This document shows positions 22,730-36,419 of a stretch of 64,000 nucleotides of DNA, piece after piece. Source of the stretch: Geosiphon pyriformis uo1 (Eukaryota; Fungi; Glomeromycota). Positions within the stretch are counted from its first letter, which is position 1. Each line of letters begins with the position of its first letter. The DNA is taken from assembly GCA_016748015.1 (NCBI GenBank), contig JAAOMT010000659.1, positions 871,222 through 935,221 on the forward strand, given 5' to 3'. The position numbers and the translations under genes were made by a program. The notes below the pieces were generated by a model, which saw only the letters and a list, made by a program, of their open reading frames with translations, did no database searches and was not told the DNA's origin.

Positions 22730-25700
22730 AAGAATGTGTACCAATTTGTGGAATTAATGGTTCAGGATTGTTTCTGGAATGATAGTATTTTAATCTGTTT
22801 CCATGTGCAACTTTTGCTAGTATTTTGTTATCAAGTCTTAACTTCTATGATCCATTGCCTAGAATTTCGTGAATATAAAATGGTCCATCTTATTTGTTTT
22901 CAAATTTCTCACTCCATTGTTTTTCAGCCTTAGTTCTGTGTAAGAAAACTTTATTTCCAACTTTAAATTCGTTGGTAATAGAAATTTGTTGTCATGTCTT
23001 TCTTTTTGTTGAGCTTGAGAATGTTCAATATAAGTTGCTGCTATTCTTCTTTTTTCTTCCAGTGTACTAAGAAAAGTGTAGGCCCTTCTTTGAAGTGTTT
23101 CTTGGAAGTTTTCTTCATTGATTGGTTGTACTGAGTATGTTTCTACTATGAAATTAATTGGTAATATTGCTGTCTTTCCATAAGTAAGATCAAATAGTGT
23201 GTGTTTCATAGTATTTTGTTTTAGTGTTCTGTATGCTAGTAATACTGATGGAATAAAGATATCCCATTCCTGCTCAAAGTCTGTTGAGACTTTGGCTAGA
23301 GATTCACACAATATTCTGTTGAAACATTTTACAAGTCCATTTGTTTGAGGATAATAAAGTAATGATAGAGGTCTTTTGACATTGAACTGTTCACAAATTT
23401 CTTGTATCAAGTTGTTTACAAAATGTGTTCTTTGATTAGATAAGAGTTCAATTGGGCATCTATGTCTACAGATAATGTCTTCATAGATGAAATTTGCTAC
23501 TGATTTTGCATCTGCTCTTTGGATGACTCTAGCTTTAGGCCATTTGGTAAGATAATCCACTGCAACTGCAATATAACGATTTCTTTGGGTTGTGATAGGT
23601 AATGGTCCGACTAAATCAATTCCAACTCTGTCAAAAGGTTGTCCAACTTTAATTGGATTTAAAGGTTCTGTGGGGCGAATTCCTCCTCTTTTTTGACAAC
23701 TATTACAAGATTCTACATATTGTCAAATGTCTTTTTGCATGTGAGGCCAAAAATAATGTTCAAGAGTTCTTTGAATTGTTCCATTTCTTCCCAAGTATGC
23801 TGAAGAAGGATCTGTGTGCATGTTATATAGAATTGTTTCTTTTTCATTTTCCTGTACTAATCTGAGTAGTTGGTTTAAGTTTTTACAATTTTTGTAATAG
23901 ATTTTGTTGTGGTGTATAAAATATTGTTTGGATTGGTGTTGTAATCAATGTTTTTCACTTGGAGACCAATTTTCTGGCATGGTGAGAGTCTCCAAATAGT
24001 TTTTGATGTTGTTGTAGTTTTCTGGATCTATTGTTGTTGATCTTGTTGTTTGTTTGCTGTTAAGTTTGTTGGTGTTTTGTTGGTGTTAATGTTGGTATTA
24101 ATATTGTCTCATTTTTGAAAGGCTATTAACATTGGTGTGTAGTTTTCTTGGTTTGTGATGTACAATGTATCTGTAGTCTGCAAGGAAGTCATTTCATCAA
24201 GACTGTTTGGCACTTTGTTCAGTTTTCTTTTTATTAAGCCATTTGAGGCCAATATTGTCAGTTATTATGTCAAATTCTTTTCTATTCTTCAGGTATTGTT
24301 AAAAGTGTTTGAGAGCCCAAATGACCACAGCGGCTTCCAATTCAGTTGAGCCATATTTGAGTTTTGTTGGCTTGAGTGTTCTGCTGGCATAGACAATAAC
24401 TTGTTCCTGGCCATTTTCATTTAATTGTAATAAGATGGCACCAAATGCTATGTGTGAAGCATCAGTGGCTAATTGGAATTATTTGTTAAAGTCTGGGTAA
24501 GCAAAAACTGGAACTGTTGTCAATTTTGTTTTGAGAGTTTCAAAAGCTTTTTGTTGTTCTTCAGTCCATTTGTATGATATGTTTTTGTTGGTAAGATAAT
24601 TGAGTGGTTTGGCAATTTCTGAGAATCTTTTTATAAATTTTCAATAGTAAGAGACTAATCCTACAAATTCTCTTAGTTCTGTAGTATTTCTGGGGGTTTG
24701 AAAGTTTTTGACAGCACTGATTGTTCCTGGATTTGGTTTGACTCTATCTTTACTAACTATGTGTTCAAGAAAGATCAAGCTTGTTTTTTCAAAGTGACAT
24801 TTCTTAATGTTTAACTTTAATCTTGCTTTCCGTAATTGTTGAAAAACTTTTTGCAAGTGAATAAGATAAGTCTTAAAGCTTGGTGAGTATACATCAGTAT
24901 CATCAAGATAGACAACTATTGATTGCCACAAGAGTCCTTTATATACAACATCCATGAGTCACTAGAATGTTGCTGGTGTATTGCAGAGTCCAAAAAGCAT
25001 AACATTAAACTCATAGTTTCCTTCCTGGGTGGTAAATGCTGTTTTGGGTCGGTCTTTTGGGTCTATTTTGACTTGTCAGTATCCACTTTTCAAGTCTAAA
25101 GTTGAGAAGAACTTGGCTTTTCCTAGAGCATCTACCATGTTATCAATTCTTGAAAGAGTGTAGACATCTCCAATTGTCACACTGTTCAATTGGCGATAGT
25201 CAACACAAAATCTGATTTTTTTTTTTTTTTTTGACAAGAACTACTGGTAAGACCCAAAGACTTCTTGATGGTTGAATCAATCCATTATTGAGCATTCTCT
25301 GGACTTCTTCTCTGATGAATTGGTGGCTGGCAGGTGGCACTCTGTAAGTTTGCTGACATTTTGGTGGAGCATCTCCTGTATGAATCTGATGTTGAACCAT
25401 ATCTATTTTTCCCAGTATATTGTTGTCTTTTGCAAATATATCTGCAAATTTAGCTATCAATTGTTTCAATTGTCTTTGTTGTTGAGGTTCTAAGGGACCC
25501 ATGTTGATTCGAGAAAGTTTTTTTTCCAAAAAGTGGTAGTTTTCAGTAGTAGAAATGATATTTGGATTTGGGAGTAGAGTGTGCCTTACAATTTCGATGA
25601 AATTAGAGACAATTTGAGGGTTTTCATCTTGAAAAATATTGCTGTGTATGATTCCAATTTCTAATTTGTTTAATAAGACAATAGAATAATTATTGGGGTT

Positions 25701-28700
25701 GTAGAATGTAACTTGAAATTTTTTTCATTCCTTTGGGAATATAAACGTTTGGAATTAATATTTCATGCCTCAAACAAATTTGTTTATTGGATTCAAAAAT
25801 TTGTTGGGTAGTAGTAGGTTTTGAGCAAGTGTAAATTTCGTGATGTTCTCCAAAAGGTGAAATGGTAATTGGTTGTAGAAGTTGAAGAATCTGGTAAGAT
25901 TCATTTTGTGTATTAAGAACTATGTTTACTGGAACTGTAAATTGTCCAGTTGAACCAAAACCTTAAGTTCCTCTTTCACTTTTTTCCAATTGTTCTCTGT
26001 TGTTTACTAATTGTAAACCCAAAATGTTAATTAAGAGTAAGTAAATTGCTTGAGCAATTTTTTCAGCATGTTCAATTTTGAATGGTTTGTTTGTCTCATT
26101 CTGTAACATGATGATAATGTCTCCAATGTATCCTGTATCTATAACTCCTCTTCTAATATTGATTCTTTTGCTTGCCAATGATGATCTGGAGGCAATTTGC
26201 ATCATTGCTCCTGGTGGAATTTCAAGAGCAATTTTGAGATTGATTTTTGTCAAGGACTTTGGTTGGAAAACTAAAGTATTTTTTCCTGGGTATCTTAAGT
26301 TATATCCAGCATCAATTTCGTGTGCTTTTTCTGGTCTGATTCCTTGACCATGGTTGTCAAAATATTTAAGTTGTAGAGGTGGTTGCTTTTTAAGAAGATA
26401 GATGGGGGTGGTTGGTAATTCTTCTACTAGTTCAAATACTTCAAATTCGATTTCATTTTCATCATTCTCATCTGGCAGAGGAATGTTAAGAGCATAACAT
26501 TCTAAACACCATTGGTTATCACAAAACATAACACATTCTTTACACAATTGAATGTTTATTTGCTCTAATTGTTGAATTTGAGCTTCTTTGGTTGGATATG
26601 TGTGGCTTGCAATTTGGTGGTAGGTTTCTATTTCATCTTCATAATCAAATCCAGCTAATTCCATAATATACTCAATATATTCAGCTTCTTTCATTTGGTG
26701 GACATCTTCTTGGGTGGCTTTATTGATCAATGCCATTGCTAGGTCAAAAATCATTTCAGCATCATAAAGGTAGTGGTAAAGTTTATTGAAAATACTGTTG
26801 TATGCTACATTAAATGGTGTTCTTCTTCTGACTTTTTCCGAAATTGATAGAGCATATTGACAGGTTTGATCACATACTCCTCCTTTCATTGCAATATCAA
26901 TCCAGTTGCATTCTTCTAGTAGCATATCTCCACATGTAAGACAAGGAGTTTTGTTCCATTTTCCACTTCTCTTTGGGAATCCAAATCGTTCTCTATGGCA
27001 TGCCTTGCAAAAGTACCAAGTGCGAGTTTCGTATTTTTCTTCTGGGGAAATACAGGCTTCCATAGATGAAAGCTTCTTTTTGCAATCTTTGTATTTTAGT
27101 GAAATGTATGGTGGTTTTTTTCGTGGTTCTAGTGTAGAATATCTAACTTTCTTCTATCATCTTGATTCTTCAAAAATCTTTTGTTCTGTTTTCTCAGCCC
27201 AATTGGATGGTAATCTAAGAGCCATGTAGGTTTCAGTGAGTGGCATTTCCTTCTCTTTTTCAAATTCAAATACTGAAGTTTTTTCTGATTGTTTGTTAAA
27301 GGTACCACAGGTTGCAGATACTATGGTATATTGTTCTTGGTATGAGATTTTAAGTTCTTGAGTTTTCCAGTTCAGGTTTGCATTGGCCTTAAGAAGCCAA
27401 TCATTTCCGACTAGAGCTTGGTATTGGGATGCATCCATAACAAGAACTTTAACTGGAATGGTAATTCCATCAATTGTAAAGGAGAAATCATTAATTTCTC
27501 CTACTAGAGTCTTCTTCATACCATCAGCTGTGACAATAACTGTTTGAGCTGGTCTGTCTACGTTTCATTTGAGTTGTTGCATCAGCTGGTAAGTGATGAT
27601 ACTTCCAGCTGATCCACTATCTAAGATTAAGTGAATGGGTTTTTCTTCTACTGTAGTTTCTGTATACATAGCAGTAATTGCTTTCTGTTCATTGACTGCT
27701 GTATTACTAAGCAGAAATGGTGATTCATTTGCTTCAAATTCAAATAGAAATATATCTGACAGATTGGCATTTTGGGCAATTTGAGCTGGTGGAATGGTGT
27801 AGTTAGAAGAGTTTGATCTTGGTGCTGCAACTTCATCTTCAGAAAGTGCAGTTTGTTGAAAATTCGATTCCTCTGGTATTGTAAAATAACTGGGTTGAGT
27901 GTGATAATGATTGGGTCTTTGCTGACCAGAATTTCGGAGAACCAACTGGTTATTTGGATTGATTCTGTTGTTATTATTCTGCAATTGATTTTGGGGTGTG
28001 AATTGGTTATGTTGAACCAATCTTCTTGCTGATACTTGATATTGTTGAGTAGGTGGTGTCTGATATGGCTAAATTGGTAAAAATTGCTGATATTGTTACT
28101 GCATTGGTTATAGAGCTGGTGGATAGTAACTGTTTTGATTTTGTGGTCTTGGTAAATAATAGGTTGGTAGTAGAGATTAGTAATAAAATTGTTGTGGTAA
28201 AGAGTAACATTGATTACTCCTGTTTTGTTGGTCTCTTTGTAATTTCCTACAATCTCGTTTCCAGTGTCCTAGAATTCCACAATAATGACAATTTTGAGAT
28301 TGGTTGTTGGATGGTAATCCAAAATTGTTTTGGTTGCGTCATTGTGGAGGTTGATATCTTTGTGGTTGTTGTTGCTATTGTTGTTGGTTTGTGAAGTAGC
28401 TTTCAACCTTTTTTGTGAGTTGGTCTATCTTCTCTTCAGCTGCTGAGCTGGTTTCTCCAATTGCAAAGTTTACAAGCTTGGTGTAATTTGCTTCTTCTAT
28501 TGCCATTTTATAGCTCTTTGTATGTCTAATAGCAGTTGCTAAGTCTGCTGGAGCATGTGGATAGACTTTCTTAATCAGTTTGTCTTTTAACCCTGCTATA
28601 AATTGATCCAGAATTTAAGCATCAGAATAGTAGTTATTGGTTTCCAATTGTCGGATTTGTCTGAGAAGTTTGTTAAATCTTCCAAGAGAGGTTATAACAG

Positions 28701-29736
28701 TTTCAGATGTTTCTTGTTTGATATTGTGAAAGCAGTTTCTGAAAGTGATAAAGGTATTGTTGTTAGTGAATTGTTGTAAAAAAGCATCTTTGAATGCTTG
28801 TCAGTTTTCAAATGTTTTTTCTAAATTTTCAAACCATTTTTCTGCTGTTCCTTAGAGAAAGTAGAGAATTGCTTTAACCATTCTTGCTGCAATCCAACCA
28901 TTTGCATCTCCTGCTTTTTGAACTTTGTCAAGCCATTCTTGAGAACTGGTATCATTGTCTTTACCAGTGAATTCTGGAATTTTTGCAATGTAAGCAGTTG
29001 CCATTTCTTTTTTGTTTTCTGTGATTTCTTCTGGTTCTGATTCAGTTTCTTCACTTTCCAAGCTTTCTGAATGATTACTTTCATTTTCCTGTAAGTAATC
29101 AATAATATTGGCACTTGTTGATATTGGTTTTTGTTGTTGAGTAAGATTTTTAGGTGACTGAAAATCTTTTGGTCTGGAGAAACAGTTAAGTAATGAACTT
29201 AGTGTTTGTGATTGAATAAGTGAAATTGAAAATGGTGTAATAGAAAATGGTAAAATAGAAAATGGTAATTTGACACTGGTTCCTTGTTCAGGTGTTTGCA
29301 AGTGTTTGGCAGTTGTCTTTAATAGTATTGGAGTATTTGGAGTGGTTCTTGAGTATTGTTTTACTTTTTGTTTGCCTTTGTTGTTTGTCTCTGTTTCTGA
29401 TTCAAAGTTAAAAGAGTATTTGGGCTGTACTGGGTATTTTTTTTCACAGTACTCAATAATATTAAAATTAAGTTCTTGGAAGTAGGTAGCAAGTGTTTCA
29501 CTGTTCAGGTCTTCTGTTCCCAATTGTGAATAGTGCACTAAATTATTGTAGAGGTTGCTTTTAACTTCTGAAATGTTGTAGTTTCTAAAAAGATAATTGT
29601 TAATATGGTTTTCAATATATTGGTATACTGATTTCTTAAAAACTTCAATTCTGTCTGGAATGTTGAATTTTTGCTTGCAGTGAGTGTAAATTGACTGGTA
29701 ATACTCTAGAGTTGCTGTGTTTGGTGTGGTTGCCAC
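22730..29736 (-). pseudogene. disrupted gag-pol of B1
   Basis: Gag 28852-29736, PR (LILDSGSAGS) 27157-28020, Cys-rich/dUTPase 25963-27063, RT 24641-25529, IN 22859-23560 with a GPF motif and no visible chromodomain. Confidence 0.92.
25945..26330 (-). pseudogene. dUTPase domain in pol of B1
   Basis: DAGYNL, IASRSSL, RGVIDTGYIG, EKIAQ, ERGT*GFGSTG. Confidence 0.92.
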
Positions 29737-29761
29737 TTTGAATTTGTTGTTGCTGTGTTAT

Positions 29762-29779
29762 TTTCATGGGAGAGCACCA
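29762..29779 (-). promoter_or_regulatory. primer-binding site of B1 (TGGTGCTCTCCCATG...)
   Basis: 2 nt from the 5' LTR, and the same as 63577-63594. Confidence 0.85.
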
Positions 29780-29781
29780 AA

Positions 29782-31008
29782 TATTACTGGAGGTTTTTGG
29801 TCTCTTTTCTTAAATGTTGTTAATGTCTGTTTGTTGTAAATTCATGTTTTCTAGAAGTAATTGGACCTCCAGTAACTGAATTTATCTTCAAATTATCTTC
29901 TATAATTTGAACTGCTGGGCTTATAAGTAGAATAACCAATTTCTTGTCAGTTACTTTATGTAGTTACATTATAGTAAATGTCAACTCTTTTCCAGGAATT
30001 GCTTATCTGGAAGCTCACTAAAAATGTGTAGTTACTTTGCTGTGAAAGTCAACTTTTCTACAGGAATCTCATTTGTAGGCTACTCTAATTATTATAATAA
30101 GAAAATAAAAGAAAAGTAAAAGAAATTGAATTTTGTCAAGAGAAACGTTTTCTATTTAGGCCTGGAATCACTAACAGTTTACTGAAATTGGTAGCTAATC
30201 AATTTCAAAATGTTAGTTAGGTTTTGGGAATTTTCCAAGTACAATAATTAAAAAAATTTGGTTTTTTGAATTATTTGATATTTATTTCTTTTTGTGTGTA
30301 TAAGAATGGTTCTAGTAATAAAATCTAAAGTAAGATATATTTTCTTGAAGAAAAAAGCTCTTCTTTTATACAACTTGTTGTAATACTAGTCTATGAACTT
30401 GCACTTTTTCTTTTTGCTCAAATTTTGGCAAACTAAAAATACATTTTGATGAACTACAAGTTATTTCACTGAACTATTGATTAATTTGGGTGAACTATTC
30501 ATAATTTCGGCGAATTTCTGTAAATTTCGGTGAATTTTAGAATGTTACAAAGTTCAGAGTATTGTGTAATTTAATCATCCTACTTTCTGTTATACTAATT
30601 AGATTATTTTAATTAAATCGTGATATGTGATAATTGATTAAATAATAAATGATAATTTGAAATAATATTAATATACTAATNNNNNNNNNNNNNNNNNNNN
30701 AAAAATACATTTTGATGAACTACAAGTTATTTCACTGAACTATTGATTAATTTGGGTGAACTATTCATAATTTCGGCGAATTTCTGTAAATTTCGGTGAA
30801 TTTTAGAATGTTACAAAGTTCAGAGTATTGTGTAATTTAATCATCCTACTTTCTGTTATACTAATTAGATTATTTTAATTAAATCGTGATATGTGATAAT
30901 TGATTAAATAATAAATGATAATTTGAAATAATATTAATATACTAATTAATTATAGGGATTATAAAGGTAATTTCATGCTAATTACTAGCTAAAATTCTAC
31001 TGGTAACA
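29782..31008 (-). repeat. 5' LTR of B1 (contains an assembly gap and a duplicated segment)
   Basis: Matches 20837-21827. The sequence after the N run (30701 onward) repeats ~30435-30680. Confidence 0.9.
30681..30700. other. assembly gap (20 N) with overlapping contig ends
   Basis: Run of n with ~240 bp duplicated on either side. Confidence 0.95.
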
Positions 31009-32299
31009 CTGGTTACATACATCAGAGCCAGATGTGTTGTTGTTTGTTTTGAGTCAGCCAAATCATTAGATGCTATTATGGAAACCACACCTGTGTTAAA
31101 AGATGCTCATTTTCATTGGTTCTATCTTGGTTCTGCTATATATGCAAAGTGTGGAAGGTTGAATCATACTTCTTTGGGCTGTGGTTTTGGTAGAAAATTG
31201 CTTTCTGGTAAGTTGCCACGCCAGGTGTTTTCAGATTTTGATAAAAGTAGACTGGCAACCATTTATGCCAAGCGTTCAGCTCTGGTCACTTGGCCAGTTG
31301 CTTTTGATGATGCTTCATGGGCTAGTGTTGTTAATGAGTCTTCTTTTCCCCCTTTCTCTGGTCAGAATGTTTTTTTAAAAAATGGCTCCTCTTCGGTGAT
31401 GAAGCCTACCCTGCTGGTGTCTTTAGAAATGAATGATAGGTTTGCTGCTCTTGAGTGCAGTCTTGCCAGCCTCGCAGAGTGAGTTGATAAGCTGGCTAAG
31501 AGGTTGGACACACCTGGGCCAATGGTTTTTCAGCTTAGCCCTGGACATCAGCCATTGATGACTCCTTCATCACAGAATCAAGGGGCAGATATAGTAATGA
31601 GTGAGAGTTCAGGTGTGGTCACTAGTGATGAGACTGTTGTGGGGACAGTGATTTTTGATCTTTCAGTTGTCTTGAAAATGGAAGAAACTTTAAAAAATTT
31701 TTCAGTTATGGTTATGAGTCTTTCAGCTAAAATAAACAATGCTGGTCTGGTGCCTATTATTCATTCTTCTTAATGATAGATCTGATTTGAAAAGTTGTCA
31801 CATGTAATGTTAGAAGAATAAATAATCCTGCAAAACAGGAAGATATCATTTATTGGCATAAGGATATGAGCAATTTAATTTCTATTTTTACAGAATCAAA
31901 GCTGAAGGAAAATGTTCATCTGTAAATTGCTAACAAGTTTGATGGTATTTGGGTGTTTACTTCTGGTTTGGATTCTGGTTATCTGAGTGCTGGTGTGACT
32001 ATATATATATGTTTATAGTTCTACAAAAAAACATATTATAATATTTTTTTTTGATATTTTAACTTGGTATTTGCTATTATTACTAATTAGTATTAGTTAT
32101 TATTGCAAACTGGTGCTTGTTATTATTACAAGATAATGCTTGTTATTATGTTAATTATTATTTTTTTAAGATTATTGTTGTGTTATATTATAATTAAAAA
32201 TTTTATATTTTTTTATATTTTTTTGCTAAATTTTTGAATTATAATACCAAAAAACAAACAATTTTTTGAATAGTATTTTACATAAAATTCAGATTAGAA

Positions 32300-35200
32300 A
32301 GTTTTTTTAAATAATTAAAAGCTTTATTAAACACCATAATATTTACCAATATAATATTTTTAAACCAAGTTTATTTGATTATATTAGTTTTTTTAAAGTT
32401 GTATTTCTATTAATTTTTATTAATATGCTTGCAAAAAACATTCAAGTATTTGTTCAAAATATTACTTAAACCAATAGAAATAAAAATAGCAAAGTAGTTA
32501 ATATTAAAAAAATTATTTATATTTAAAACTACTTTGTTAATTACTATATTAATCAAATTTAATAATATAAAAACATAATCAATTGTTTTTTTGACTCTTT
32601 TAAGATTTTTTATATAAAAATTTTAATAAATAAATTATCAATCAAAAAATTAATCAAACCAAAATCAATACACTTTTTGAAATTAGTATTATATTTAATA
32701 TTATTTTTATTGAAATTATTTTTTAAAATAACAAAAGTATTTTTATTAAATATACTAACTATAAAAAAATTGATAATAAATATTTAATTTAACTGTTTTT
32801 TTCAGAAATATATTTACATATAATCTCAAAACAAAAACTGACTGTTTGTTTTTAAATAATAAACAAATCATTAAAAGTTTATCAAAAGTTTTTAAAATTT
32901 TTAAAATATGTTTAGCCAAATATTATTTACAATTAATACAACACTAGTATTTATATATTCTAAATTTAAACCAAAAGTGAATACTCTTATATTCATAAAT
33001 TTATTTGCAATTTATAATTTAATATTAAAATAAAGCTTAATTTTAGTAATAATTAAAATGTTATTTTTTAATTCTCTATATTGCTTAATAATATTATTCT
33101 ATTTAACAAAAATGTTTACTTTTTTAATATTATATATAGCTATTTTTCAAGTTAAGTTACTTATTGAAAATATAAAGAAAGTAACATATTATTGCTTAAA
33201 CTAAAGAATTTTAGTTTATTTATAATTAACTTTATTAAATTTTTTAAAATTATTATATTAGTTTTTAAATCATTAATTTTAATAATTAAAACTTTAGATC
33301 CACTAAAAGAAATATTTCAAAATACATTAGTTATATCTGATAACAAATGAAAAAACTGTAATAATATTTTAATAGCTAATTTAAATTTTAGACTATTATA
33401 TTGTATAAGCATTTTTTTGGTATTTAATAATAATATATAATAAATAAAAATGTTTAACTTATAAATAATATTAACAATATAATTAGCCAACAATTTTATA
33501 GAATATTTTAAAATATCTAAATAAAAAATCAAAATCAAAGTTGCTAAGTTATTATTAGAACTGTTAAGTAAAAATTCTACCAAAAAAATACTAATTAATA
33601 ACATAAATAAAAGACAATTTAAGAAATCACTTATTATAAAAGCCTAAATAATATTATTAAAAAACACCAAGTAAAACACTAAAGCTTGTTTTTTTGTATA
33701 AATAAAAGCAAAATGCTTTTTATTAGAATTAGAAAAAAAAAATTTCAAATTTTAACCAAAATTTTTTAAATTCAACTTATAAATACTAAAAATATGACTG
33801 TATTTTTTCTATTTAATGTATATAAAAGTTAACAATTTAGTTCAAATTAAGCTTACACTCTTAAAAACAGAAATTAAATAAACAGCAGCATATTTGGCTT
33901 TAGCAGAATTAAAATACATAATAATACAATATATATATATATATAATACAGAATTTTATAAAATAAAACATATTTTTCTACTATAAAACAAGAAAAGTTT
34001 AGAAAAATTGTTATTATTAACCAAAATTTGAAATATTATTTAGCATAAAATTATTTTTATAATTTTTATTGTTTATTAGCATATATTATTATTTTAATTT
34101 ATTACTTATTATCTTAACAAATTATTTAAATTATTATTCAATTAATAATTCGATTTATACAAAACACAAATATAATTATATTATAATAATCAGATTATGT
34201 AATACACTAAATTATGTAACATTTAAATTTATTAAAATATTTTAGTAATTTGATAAAATATTTAACAGTTTATTAAAATAATCTATAGTTTGCAAAAATA
34301 ACTTGTATTTTGATAAAATATATTTTTAGTTTATTAAAATATTAAAAAAAAAGTGCTAGATTATAGAATAATAATAAACAAATTATATAAAAAAAAAGCT
34401 TTTCTCTTTAAAAAAATATATCTTAGCTAGAATTAATTTTTTTTTAAATATCTTTTTTATAAATCAATTCAAATAAAATTTACTTAAAAAACATAAATTC
34501 TTTAATTATTTTTGTTTCAAAATCTACTATTTCATACTAACAGTTTAAAATTAATTAGCTATTAATTTCAGTAATTATTAATAACTTTTAAGTTTGGATT
34601 TAAAACAACTTTCTTGATACATATTTTTATTTTTTTTCTTTAGTTTACAATTTTATTTTATTTTTTATTTTTATTTTTTTATTTTTATATTATTGGATAA
34701 TTTACAATCGAAATTTTCTGTAAAAAAGTTGATTTTTATAGCAAAATAACTATATATATTTTTAAAAAGCTTACAGATAAAATTTTTTGTAAAAAAGTCA
34801 ACTTTTATTATAAAGTAACTATACAAGTAATTAACATAAAATTGGTTATTTTATCATAAATCCAACAGTATATACAGTTTAAAATATAAAAAGATACTTT
34901 GAAAAAAATTTTAACTTATTAAAAATTTATTATCTTTTATTAATAGTAAAATTAATAATAAAACAGTATTAACAATATTAAAATAAAAATAAAAAAATCT
35001 TTAATAAATATTATAAATAATAGTGCTTATTAGCAAAGTGTATAGAAAAGTACAATAATAGTTTTTCAAATCTTATGTTTGTTTGTTATTATTGGTTTTG
35101 ATTATGTAAACAAAATTTGTGTTTAGCAAAATTAATTATTTGAAAACAACCAAGTTAGCAGTTTTTGTATTATTAAATTTAATTAATATTTTTTGCCAAA

Positions 35201-36200
35201 AACCAATAAATTGTATCTTAATAGATTTTACTATATTTAATTAATATTGATTTTAAAGCTGATTTGAACAGATTAACCAGAATTTTCTTAACAATAACTT
35301 TTTAATCTGATTTAATATTAAGTTTTTTTAAATTAATATTAACTTTGATATTTATTTTTATAGCCAATTATTTAGCAGTTTTTAAACTAATTTCAGATGT
35401 GAATATAAATTTAATAATGTCTTAAAATTTTAAAAAATTGATGTTTCTTCAAAATCATTAATTTAATAAAAAAGTTTTTTAATAATAAATTTAATTTTTT
35501 TGTTCAGAGACTTGTTAAAAACCACAACAAAACCAACATTTAATGTGAATAATTTAACTAGTTTAAAACTTTTATTTTCCTTGGTATTTGTAGTCATAAG
35601 TACAATAATATTAATAGATATAAGCAATAAAAAATCAAAAACTTTATTATTACTTAATATATTAAAAGATAGCTTCTTAGAAAGCTTAAATAAATTGTAA
35701 ATTATAAAATAAATGTCTTTTGGTATAATTTTATCTATGAATTTACTGTTACTTAAACTATTTTAATTGATATAACTGGTTTTTTCTACTATTATGTTTT
35801 TTAAATTTTCTAAATTAGATGTTTTAGTAATACTTCTTATTTTGCTATTAATTTTATTGCTTTAAAATTAATACTTACTTATGTTACTACTTTTTAATAC
35901 ATTTATAATTAAAGGCCCAATTGATGAATTTATAATATTAGATTCAGCAACAATTTTTTTGAATTATTTAACAAAGTTCTTTAAATTATATATATATGTA
36001 TTTTGGTTTTTTTAGACTAAAGCAATTTTTTATATTATTTTTACCAATATTTGTAATTTTAATTAAACTACTAGTTAAAATTATAAATGAACTTGTATTA
36101 AAAAAAATAGTTAAAAAAATAAAAAAATAAAAAAAATAAGTAAATAACCATTTTTTAAATTTCAGTAGTTTTATTATAAGCAAAAAATTAATAAAAAAAA
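32300..36200 (-). mobile_element. highly AT-converted LINE (ORF1 plus endonuclease start) interrupted by a solo LTR; boundaries approximate
   Basis: Minus-strand remnants VKSIKIQFIGFWQ (~35200-35240), FLYTLLISTIIYN (35011-35050) and YSRKICFI (33962-33985) match LINE ORF1. Confidence 0.7.
34012..35010 (+). repeat. decayed solo LTR related to family B
   Basis: Block-by-block collinear with 62604-63574 and ~1 kb long. Flanks TTGT/TTAT fit a decayed 4-bp TSD. The LINE reading frame resumes across it. Confidence 0.75.
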
Positions 36201-36419
36201 GAGTTTTTTGATTAATTTAAAAATAAAAAAAACTTATTTATAAATTATATAATTTATAATACATATTAGAAAAAAGTAATATTTTATAAATAAAACAAAA
36301 AAATAAATATAAAAACATATTTATAATAAATAATATTTATAAATTATTTTAATAAAAAAAAGTATTAAGTATTTTTAATTTAAAAAATATATAAATTTTA
36401 TTTATTTAAATAATTAATT

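Larger units (their letters stand above)
20837..31008 (-). mobile_element. full-length Ty3/gypsy family B element (B1) with 4-bp TSD CTGG
   Basis: Two LTRs, PBS and PPT. Gag-PR-dUTPase-RT(YLDD)-RH-IN plus an extra ORF. CTGG at 20833-20836 and 31009-31012. Confidence 0.97.
19666..32000 (+). mobile_element. LINE copy 1: intact 5' end, ORF1 split by gypsy B1, truncated early in the ORF2 endonuclease
   Basis: 5' end matches that of LINE copy 2 (AAAAACTTTTTTCTC...TCATCCCAAA). ORF1 19810-20836 resumes at 31013 (INHYLV/TYIRARC). The endonuclease start (KVVTCNVRRINNPAKQED) stops near 32000. Confidence 0.9.

Noticed and set aside
30435-30945. Apparent ~240-bp tandem duplication inside the B1 5' LTR
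   Set aside because: The copies look identical and flank a 20-N gap, so this is an unmerged contig overlap and not biology.
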